From positions 42,408,001 through 42,472,000 of the forward strand of contig NC_043012.1 in assembly GCF_006345805.1 (NCBI RefSeq): a stretch of 64,000 nt of DNA. Direction: 5' to 3'. Each line of letters begins with the position of its first letter. The first letter of the stretch is position 1. Position numbers and translations under genes: made by a program. Source of the DNA: Octopus sinensis (Eukaryota). This document shows positions 52,845 through 64,000 of the stretch, in pieces. The notes under the pieces are model-generated. The model saw only the letters and a program-made list of their open reading frames with translations. It did not search any database and was not told the DNA's origin.

Positions 52845-54107
52845 ATAATTAAAATTATACAAGTACATTGTTCGTTTGGATATATTTGAACATAGTAAAT
52901 GTCATGCGTAGTTATGTAAACGTTTTTGTAGACCACAAGGGGCTTCCTTGAGCGTGGTGGTTTAGCTCAGTATTTTTTGTAAACATTTTTTGTAAACATT
53001 ATACTGAGTGAATAGAAACAAGCGAAAATAAGAAAGTAGATTCAGTTTCAGGAAGCTTTCTATATTGAGATGATTTGTATTCCACTCTTGTCACACACTC
53101 ACGCAGATTCTACCTGAGAATTATTTTAAGAATACATATGGCTATGGAATACTTAACCGCTTACACTCGAATTCACCGATCAGGTAATTCAGTTGATATA
53201 AAAACTGAATACTCATTGTCGAAACCGACGGAGATCGATTTGTATTTCTATGAATAAATATGAAAGAAACCAATAAGTTTAGGCCATATCTAAGAGGTTA
53301 CAAAGATTATGTCCAATCTATAAAATAAGTGTTTGAGATTGGAACACAAACAGAATTATGCAAGTGGAAACTGGTAAAAATTTGATTCGCAATGCAAATG
53401 AGAAAGGAGTTCCTCAGAGAATCCTTGGAAAAGATCAAAATTAATTTAGTTAATATAAATACTGGATATTATTTGTATCGTCATACCTGTTATATTTGTT
53501 ATAGCTGATTTATCAGACTATCATATTTTCTCATATAAATTATTCAGAAGTACCCTATCTAGTGAGTACTTACTTCTTTAAGACGATAGAAAAATATTTT
53601 TTTGTCTATTTCTAGAGAGTGAGACAGCAAATATCGGTTCTCTATTTCATTTGTAAATACGAGAGATTTCTGGGTTAGAACGAAATATAACAAGTTCAAG
53701 AATCAGTGAATATTATGTTTGCACGAGAGTATCAACAAATATGTTAACGAGAAATTCGAGTGATTTATAGTTAGGATTAAAAAAAAAACATACCTCCTGA
53801 AGCAGTAAGACAGAGAACATATTTACAACCTTATAGAATATATATTTCAATTACCCACTCGACTTTGTTCTTGTCACTTTTGATTAAAACAAAGTCAACA
53901 TAAAATCTAGTAGAGTTGCTGGAATGTCTTCCAACCATATATATCTGGTGATATATAACAGTTCTTTTTCCTTTTTTTTTTTTTTTTTCTTTTAAGCATA
54001 GTACATCAAGTATTACGTTATTGAAGGAGTACCACTTTATCTTTTTTAATACTTTGAGGAAATTTGGTTGTTTATTTCTACCTAGTCCAGTGGCTTGACT
54101 ATATATT

Positions 54108-54336
54108 GCGGTGAGCTGGCAGAAACGTTAGCACGCCTGGCTAAATACGTAGCCGTATTTCGTCTGCCGTTACGTTCTGAGTTCAAATTCCGCCGAGGTC
54201 GACTTTGCCTTTCATCCTTTCGGGAGTCGAGAAATTAAGTACCAGTTACGCACTGGGGTCGATGTAATTGACTTAATCCCTTTGTCTGTCTTTGTTTGTC
54301 CCCTCTATGTTTAGCCCGTGTGTGTAGTAAAGAAAA
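54108..54336 (+). mobile_element. tRNA-derived SINE (family S3)
   Basis: GCGGTGAGCTGGCAGAAACGTTAG (A-box-like), GAGTTCAAATTCC (B box), then GCCTTTCATCCTTTCGGGAGTCGAGAAATTAAGTACCAG, resembling the Nin/Deu-type conserved central domain (from memory; not verified by search). Confidence 0.75.
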
Positions 54337-54832
54337 ATATATATTTTTCCGTGAATAATGTAGTAAGGCAGTTTAGTGATGATGAAAATATTACCATACC
54401 ACATTTTACTCCAATATTTCTTATGAAATGATTGGTAAACGCTAGAATTATGTTAGAGTTATGAATACACACGACTTATTGTACTGTCTATTTTAATCAT
54501 GCAGGTCCGTTTAAATATATTTAACTATAATGACAGTGTCAAGACAAAATCGAATCTGTTCAAGACGTCTTTTTTGTTTGTTTTTTTTTTATTTTCTCTT
54601 CCACCATATTGCGATTGTTCGTGCGTTTACGTCTTGCTACTTCGACGTATCATGAGAACAAATTCCACATTTATTCTAGGCACGTTTCACTAATAAAGGC
54701 AGCGAAACGGAAAATTTATCAAGATTTACATACATACAAACTCACGTATGCACAATCACAAACATGGGTGTATGTGTGTGTGCGTGTGTGTTACAAACAT
54801 ACGTGCATAGTCTAATATATACATATCTATCT

Positions 54833-54869
<37 letters not shown>

Positions 54870-54872
54870 ATA

Positions 54873-54939
<67 letters not shown>

Positions 54940-55042
54940 TGAGTGTGGTATGTGTAATATACTATAGGTAGAAGATTGATAGATTGATAGATTGATAGAT
55001 AGATAGATAAACAGATGACAGACAGATAGAGCTAGATAGATA

Positions 55043-55116
<74 letters not shown>

Positions 55117-55604
55117 TTTGTGTGGGGCGCGTATCTGTCTCGTATGCGACTGCGTAAATGTTATTTTGCTGGTGAAGAATGTAGCAACCTATCAAGCACA
55201 ATATATATGAGGGTGTTAGAACAAGTGTGGATAGACATAAAGTGTCTGAAACACGTCCGTCTCAGAACGTGTAGATTACTGTGTATGCGTGCAAATTTTG
55301 TTGCCAACATTAGTCAGCTTAACAACACAGAGAACCACAAGCTACACACAATCATACAACACATACATATACATCCACGCACACTCACACATACACTCGC
55401 ACACAAATACACACTCTCTCTCACCAACACACACACACATGAAGACGCATGCACACATGCAAGCTTACATATGTATATATTATATGTACCTCTGTTGTAT
55501 GTATATGTGTGGTATGTATGTATGTATGCATGTATGTATGTATGTATGTATGTATGTATGTATGTATGCATGTATGTATATGTGTATGCATATGTATGTA
55601 TTAT

Positions 55605-56025
<421 letters not shown>

Positions 56026-56318
56026 ATATATAGTATGCAAACATATATACATATATATTTGTACACAGTTTATTGCATCGGCTTCACTGGCTTCGAAACA
56101 ATGGAACATATTTTACAGGAAAATAACGAAATGCCCTTTTATAGGGTTGCAGCATTAATATTACCTCCATCAAAAGGCTAAGCTATGTATGTCGGGTTTG
56201 TATGAGTATTGGACCATATTTCTGTAGTTGTATGCTCACACATGGATACTTATGTATGTGAAATGTGGGTGAGGTTGTATGTGTGACTGTGTAAGGAAAA
56301 GGACCCAAAGAGACGAAA

Positions 56319-56824
56319 TCTATATATATAAAACTCTAGCTGTGTGAGTGTCTGTCCCCTTCGATTTAGATTCCTAACTCCTCCCACATTTTGCGGTGCA
56401 GTTTAACCAAAACCGGGTATCTTATAGTCGTGATTCATATCGAGCCCGTCTGACTATTAGCGCGCGTCAACGATGAGTCTACGATTTTAAAAATAATTTA
56501 ACATCATTTTTTATTCCATTTTAATGCATAAAATGCATCGTGTGTCGATGGCGGCGGAGTTGGCGTCCACGCTCACAGCTGCACCTGTTTGCTTCTCCCC
56601 CTTCCCTCCCTCGTGAAGCTGTGGGGAAGGGAGTGTAAAGAAATCAACGTCGTAATGCGTTGTGAAGGAAACCAGCGTTCTTTTAGAACAACGACTTCAT
56701 GGCTTGAAAACACCAAAACAAAAATGGCTAAGAAAGCCTGAATTTATAAGGGAAGTAACTCTCTAAAAATGCTTATATAGTTATTTCCCTTACAAACCCG
56801 AGCAACGCCGGGCGATACTGCTAG
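56319..56824 (+). mobile_element. Non-autonomous Helitron
   Basis: A|TCTATATATATAAAA start; 3' CCCGAGCAACGCCGGG hairpin (56797-56812) then GATACTGCTAG|T. Confidence 0.8.
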
Positions 56825-58758
56825 TAGTTTATAAAGAAATACTTTTCACAATCTCACAACTCTTGTTTCATTCCCTATCATGGCTACTTGAACAAATGTA
56901 TTTTTTTTTAGACTCGGGTTGACTCGAGCTATCTGGATGAATTTGTGAACGTAGAAACTGTATATAATCCCGTTGGTTAAATTGTGGTTGTATTTCAAAA
57001 GAATAGCCTTGTCGCACACTGCCATATTGATTCTACCTGACGATCACGTTAAACATTCACGTGACTGTGGAATACTCAGCCACTTACGTAGTAATTCAGT
57101 GAGCACATAATTCAGTCGATCAAAAACTGGATACTCATCGTGGAAACTGATGGTGATCAATTTTCTTGGACCAATTTCAGAAACTACAGTGATTCAAGTC
57201 AGCGTATCTATAGGTATGTAACGCTTTTCATCATTGATGGGTTAAATTAAGCCTGACCTGACGCCAAAAACAACGCCGAGCTAATGAGTAAAGCTTCATT
57301 TATTTACTTGATCTGCTAAATATAGCAAAGAATTTCTTTGAATAATACCCTTCCGCCTTAAAAATGGGGACCACAGTAGAGTATTTAGTCCTTGGTAGAG
57401 AAGACGGATTCTCATTGCAAGAAGGCTTTTATAAAAAGTCAAAATAGAAAGAAGTTGCCTGATTTCCTTCAAATCTTTTAGAATGACGTCGTATTAAACA
57501 GAAATGACACATTTAGCAATACGGTCCCTAGTATGCAAAAGATAAACAAAAGAGTTACGACTGAAACACCCTTGATTATAACTCTGCTCTATCAGGGATT
57601 ACCTGATGCTAAACAACAACTAACGGAATTTCTATTTGACTAGCTGGCCTGCAAGAAATAGAAAGCTTCTCAAATCACATCCTTCTGCCTTAAATATAAA
57701 GATGCATCAGAGAATGTAGCTTCTATATTATACACACTGACGAGTAGTCACGACTTGAAGCCTTTTTAGCACAAGACTCCAATCTAGGTTTATATGGGGA
57801 TAAGCAACAACACTATACGAGTTTCGAGTCAGCGAAGAACATTCTACGTGAGTAGGCTTGATGTGAGTTAGAGAGCAGTATTGCTGCATGGTGACAATAA
57901 GAAACACGAGAGGAAACAGACGCAAGGCTAGTGATAAAAAGCATAAGAATAACTGAAAGAGGATGAAATCAGACGGATACAGGAAGAAAATGGAGAAAGG
58001 TCGAGGAGGAATATTTATAAAAAAAAATTACTAAAAAGAAACAAGAACAAACCCCATCGTTTTTGACAGATACTGTGCTCGTATTTTTAATTAATAACTT
58101 TGATTTCAACATTTTGCAGACCTCCTGTCATTGCAATTGTACGTGCTAATGTACATACTGTTGTTTGTTTGATATGTTTTTATTTTATCAAAACTTTTGT
58201 ACTGACAATATGCAGATGAGTAATGGGTTATTATTCATTTTCTTTATCTTTCTGTCCTTACTTATTTTGCTTTCATTAAGTCACTGCTTTAACATGTCGC
58301 AGACTAAGCGTTTTACTTTCATTTTTTCTTTTTTAGTCATATTTTTTATTATTTAGAAGAAGAATTCCTTTTCGGTTGTTTTGTTTGTGTTTTTCTTCTT
58401 CTTCCTCCAACACGTTTTGAAATAATTTCAACCGAACATCGAAGCAAACATATGTCATGAATCACACTACACTGTCTGCTGTATAACACGTTTGTTTGTT
58501 GGTTTTATTTTTCAATGAGTCTGGACACATTTCGGTGAATCATAGAAACAGACGACAAATGCTAACGATTCAAAACAACGAAGACTTGGATTTATTTTTT
58601 TTACTCACGAAATAATTTTTGTTAATTAAGAAGAAAACAAACTTCTCGGTTTAGAATTAATTTATTTAAAATAGAAATTACTCGTAGTTGTTCTTTTATC
58701 AGTGTAATCATTGTTGCCTTCCTTTTCATTTTTTCATTTTATTATTACTACAAGAAAT

Positions 58759-59009
<251 letters not shown>

Positions 59010-59551
59010 ATTTGCTGTTAATGTCAGTATTGTTATTGTTGTTCGTATTTTTAGTTTTATACTGTTGTTTGTTTAACAGGAAATGTTGAACTTTCCAAAT
59101 TTTCGAGAAAATAGTTTACTGTTATGTTAATCTCTGCTTTATTGATTTCTTGATCATTCTTGCATAAATCGGAAAGTGAATATTGTGAAAAGAGATAACA
59201 CGGATGCCTGTATTTCAGGTATTTTAATGGTTTGAATAGTGGAATACAGATAATCCTCCATATTGTTTTACACTGTTTCGTCAATAGTCAATGATAAAGA
59301 AAGTGAGCTTCTAAACGTGGCGAAGTAAGCAAGGAGATAGTCGGCTCATATGTTTTTCTTGTAAAATGTACGTTGAGGTCTAACGAAAGTAATGTCTCTG
59401 TCTGCACAAAGTTAGCTTTGTTAGATCAGTGGTTACGCAACAAGAGGACGAACTCTAGAGAACTGTTACTGAGAAACCTGAAAGAACTATGGTCATTATC
59501 AACCTATCTACCCACCTACTTTCTCTCTGCTTACCAACCAATCAACTTTCC

Positions 59552-59712
59552 TACATACATACATACATACATACATACATACATACATACATACATACAT
59601 ACATACATACATACATACATACATGCATACATACATACATACATACATACATACATACATACATACATACATACATACATACATTAATACATACATACAT
59701 ACATACATACAT
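59552..59712. repeat. (TACA)n microsatellite
   Basis: Direct inspection; similar tracts near 28490-28612, 39793-39942, 49648-49718 and 59826-59893. Confidence 0.95.
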
Positions 59713-59865
59713 TTTTTTATTATTATGGCTGGCCCCTCATTATCGAGTATGGCCATTGCACGAAGCTTAACTGTTACTGGTTCTGTGATCGAATGTGACT
59801 TTTTAGCCTAGCTAAAGATCTACAATACATACATACATACATACATACATACATACATACATACA

Positions 59866-59896
<31 letters not shown>

Positions 59897-60575
59897 GAAA
59901 AGAAGAAAAGAAAAGAATTATAATTTATCCAGCGATCATTGCCATTGGAATTATTGATGATATTTGAGTTCTTTTCATATGGGTAAAATAATGAATTTAG
60001 AACCATAGACCAGACATGCATACATACAATATCCCAGTAAAATATTGCACTCTTGCTTTCTTCGTTTCATACTTTTTGTCTGATCATTACTTTAAAACCA
60101 TGCAAAACTGGGAAAGGACTGGACTTTTATAAGACTAAATCGGCCTCGCTGAGAAGGAAGTATCCACAGGGTGTTTTTCTTCGCAGAAATGCTTTTTCTG
60201 TCGCTAGTGATGGCCTCTAGTTTTCAAATCCTGTTTGTCTCGTCTCTCTACCACTCAGGTACTCTCACACCCAACTCATTAGTTTTTTTTTTTAGTTTGT
60301 TTTCATCTCTTGTTACGCTAATTTCCTCCTACACCCTTACCTCCATCCTCGCACAAACTAATATATGCAATCCTTCCTCCTCACAAAATCCTTTCTCTGA
60401 AATATTTCGCATCTCTTTCATGCAGGTGTTGACCTGTTTAAATGAAACACTAACAGCATCAAGCTAATCAGACCTTCAAAGATCATGGGCAGGGCCTCTT
60501 TGTCCAGATTCAACCCGTAACGAATAGTTCTGTAATCCTACTACCATTAAATAAATCCATGCGTGTGTGTATGTA

Positions 60576-60657
<82 letters not shown>

Positions 60658-62489
60658 CACGGGTAGTTGGGTAGTTGTGTTCTGTTTGATTTAATGTCAA
60701 CTTTGATAATTAACCTTTTTTTGACACAATGCTCGAAAGACTACATGAACTAATACGACTTCCCTTCTTTAATAGACAATGGTTTGTTTAGCAAAAAATT
60801 CGTTTTTTTTTAAATTTATTCTGAGTCAGTGCATACTTAAAGATTCCTTCATTGATTCACGTATGTTATCCATATGTTTTGTTGTTACTGCTTCGTATTA
60901 CATCAAACCACCGATCAGACACAGAATGCAGAGCATAGGTCTGCTTTTCCCTACCATGACCACCCCATCTTTTTTATGAAGTACATTGCGTGTAACTAGA
61001 AAATTACATTATCGAATTTGTTCTTCACATAAAGCCGAATGTGATTCAGAAGAGATTTGGCTGGTCTTTCCAGCAGGTGGTGGGACCACGTAGGTATGCT
61101 GTGATTATACTTTTGTACAGTTACTTTCCGCTTGAATTCCGTTCGTTGTTTTTTCTTTTTTTACTCATTTTAACTTCGTTTTAATCTATTCAGTAATACA
61201 TTCAATTTTTCTTTCCTTCCTTTTTTTGTAATCTTGTGTTTTTCTAATAATGTTTCGTGTTGAAGGGTTAACGTTGATTTTGTTTATTTTGGTACCTTGA
61301 ATGGCACCTTCCGTGGAAATCAATGAAAACTATAAAATAAACGAGAACTATATGATTGCTTAGTGTTTGTTTGCTTGTCCTTCTTTCCTTGTTTATTGAT
61401 GTTGTGTTGTTTTTATAGTTGTTTTTTTTTCTTTCTCATTTGTGTTTATTATTATCGTCATCATTATTGTTGTTGCTGTTCGTCTTGTAATATAATTCAT
61501 CAAAAGAACAAAAATATGAAATATAACCATGATCAAACAAAAAAAAATTAAATTGTATAGAGAATTATTTTTTTTTTAAAAAAAGGGCAAAAAGAGAAGA
61601 GGAAGAGATAGAGGAAAAACAGGTTAATTGCAAAATAGTTCAAACGATTAGATTCAATTATATGTTCCAGTCGCATAACTGCGCATTCCCAACCACTAAC
61701 TCCTAAATACACACATCAATCAAAGACTATCAGAAATTTGAAATCTTCCCCTTTAGCCAAATCTCAGCTTACTCCACTTCACTTCGACTATATCTTTTCT
61801 AATTCGTTAGGTGCAATGAAGGGTTTGTACAATTTTATGTATTTAAAAATTCCCAGTTGATCAGCAAAAAAAAAAGTCATTCTCTGCATCAAAAGTACTG
61901 TTTAGGGAACATTTTATTTTATTTAACTTTTAGAGCTTTGTGTAAAATATTTTTTGCTTTATATTTCTGATACGATTATATCATTATTATTATTGTTGTC
62001 ATGGTGATGGAGTGATGATTTGGTATAAACGCTTGATTGCCCGATTAAATAAATTACACTATTTAGTTGTTTTATTTGTTTTAGTTTCTGTTTTGGTTTT
62101 ATTTGTTTCCTCAAGTAGCGATCATGTTTCAATTCCCGGTTGAAATCAATTCGCACTACTAACGTTCAAGGAAAGAACATGGACAATACAACTTTCCAGC
62201 GACGCTTCCCATGAAAAAGCATGACATATTTTTGTATTATCCAAAAAATACAAAAAGCTCCAGCAATGTTCTTTTGTTTTCTCACTTTCTTCCACAATAC
62301 CGATTCGATTTCCTACTAAATTTAAGTGTGATACAGAAATCTTGGAGAAATCAAGAGTAACAGAATGGTCCATTTCGGTACTTCTCTTATCTAGCATTAA
62401 GAATTATCCATTGCTTGCGTGAGTAGGTTCCTAACCACTGACATCAAGTAAATCAAAAGCGTAGCAGGACAAAGGAAATGATGCATTAA

Positions 62490-62877
62490 TCTCTCTATAT
62501 ATAAAGCTGAAGTTGTCTGTGTATGGCAGGTTTGGTAGCCTTCAACTAACACTATCCCTCCGAGACTCTGCGGCACAAGTTGATCAAAATTGAGAGTATG
62601 ATAGAAGAAGGCTTGATCTTCCTTCCGTAGAAGAAAAATTTCAAATCGGACATGTTAACACCAAAAATTATTTACATCAAAAAGGTGCTTTTTCCCCCTG
62701 AAAATCCCTATTTTTTACGATTTTTGACTGCTGTGTCGCCATTTTTCGGTGTATTTCAACCAGAAAAATGTTCACTTAAAGGAAATAACAAGCTAAATAA
62801 TGCAAAATTTTACCTTTCAAAAATTCCAATTCTAAAGGGTCAAAACAAACCCGAGCAACGCCGGGCGATACTGCTAG
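62490..62877 (+). mobile_element. Non-autonomous Helitron
   Basis: A|TCTCTCTATATATAAAG start; the 3' end ACAAACCCGAGCAACGCCGGGCGATACTGCTAG|T is identical to that of 56319-56824. Confidence 0.8.
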
Positions 62878-63566
62878 TATATATAATAGACACACTAAAG
62901 AGAAATAGCAACGATTTGAACAACCACCACTATATACAAAGAAAGACATCCTTATAAAGAAAACCTGCAAATCCAAAATGTGCAAAACAATAAAGCTATA
63001 CAATAGGTTGGTATAGGAATTATGCCACTTACTTTAAAGGTCAGGTTAAAATTTTGACTCGAAACCTAACATAAGTATCTATCCATCAAATATTTCCTGA
63101 AATATTAATCAAAGCGACAAAATTGACACAGCATCAGGTAATCCCTGATAGAGCAGAGTTATAAATTGAACAATCATATGCCACCGCCAGTATCTAGAAA
63201 TGACAGGGTAACAATATGTTTGGACAGGTTTATTCATAATGATAGACAATTAAGATCATCAATTTATATGTTAAAAACGATGAGTTATTGCAAGGAAAAT
63301 CACAGCTAATGAATTTCAAATGTTTGCGGATGAAAACATTTCCTTGAAAGGACAACTTAGAGAGACTGTCTGAATGAGAAAAACTTAGGAAAGGAAATAA
63401 ATAAATTGTTGAGGCTGAAAATTTAAACAACTCAGCTATGGTAAGAGCACTTGAGAGTTATAAAATGAAGGCAAATCGAGAGATAGACACAATATTCAGA
63501 ATATCCGAAATAGGAAGAAGAGCACTAATAACACATACACAGAATAGCACTATTAGTCACAGCACA

Positions 63567-63567
<1 letters not shown>

Positions 63568-63633
<66 letters not shown>

Positions 63634-63649
63634 TAGGAAGGTAGGTAGG

Positions 63650-63708
<59 letters not shown>

Positions 63709-63717
63709 GAAGGTAGG

Positions 63718-63800
<83 letters not shown>
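63568..63800. repeat. (GATA)n microsatellite
   Basis: Direct inspection; similar tracts near 34230-34320, 45661-45747 and 55040-55115. Confidence 0.95.
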
Positions 63801-64000
63801 GCAGGAAGGTAGGTAGGTAGAGAAAATGCATACATACTTAAATACGTAAATTCATACATACATACATACACAAGCTTACATACATGCATACATAAATATA
63901 TACATACATATGTACATATATACATTGCTATATACAGATAAATATTTAAAATCCGTCGTATAACGACAAAAGTGTGAGTGAATCGTAATACACTCGATGC

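Noticed and set aside
60150-60440. Highly decayed LINE RT fragment on the minus strand (SWV*EYLSGR...)
   Set aside because: A single short motif among stops; insufficient to support.

Overview
AT-rich, microsatellite-saturated animal genomic DNA. The repeat spectrum looks molluscan/cephalopod (Octopus-like); that is inference. I cannot support any host protein-coding gene. The window is a nest of mobile elements, most sitting in (TA)n or (GATA)n tracts: two large 5'-truncated CR1-like LINEs plus 3' fragments, Penelope-like elements (PLE; RT-thumb/linker and GIY-YIG remnants) with inverted ends, a TIR-complete but defective mariner, two Tx1/L1-like 3' fragments, non-autonomous Helitrons, tRNA-derived SINEs and a MITE. 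The main result is RNA-level. A ~8.1-kb tandem array (13 full units plus a partial one, ~598 bp each, 19894-27949) has no credible ORF, but every full unit carries a minimal type-I hammerhead ribozyme (HHR) on the minus strand (clean units: UCCACG-CUGAAGA-stem II-GAAA-CGUACG-UC/CGUGGA). This resembles a retrozyme or PLE pseudo-LTR multimer. Seven other unrelated HHR architectures occur in the window, all with a self-complementary stem III, including a dispersed ORF-less HHR element that inserts into (TA)n as inverted pairs. All ribozyme calls come from manual pattern and base-pair inspection, not from a folding or cleavage test. Scattered indels suggest imperfectly polished long-read sequence, so single-base details and some frameshifts are uncertain.
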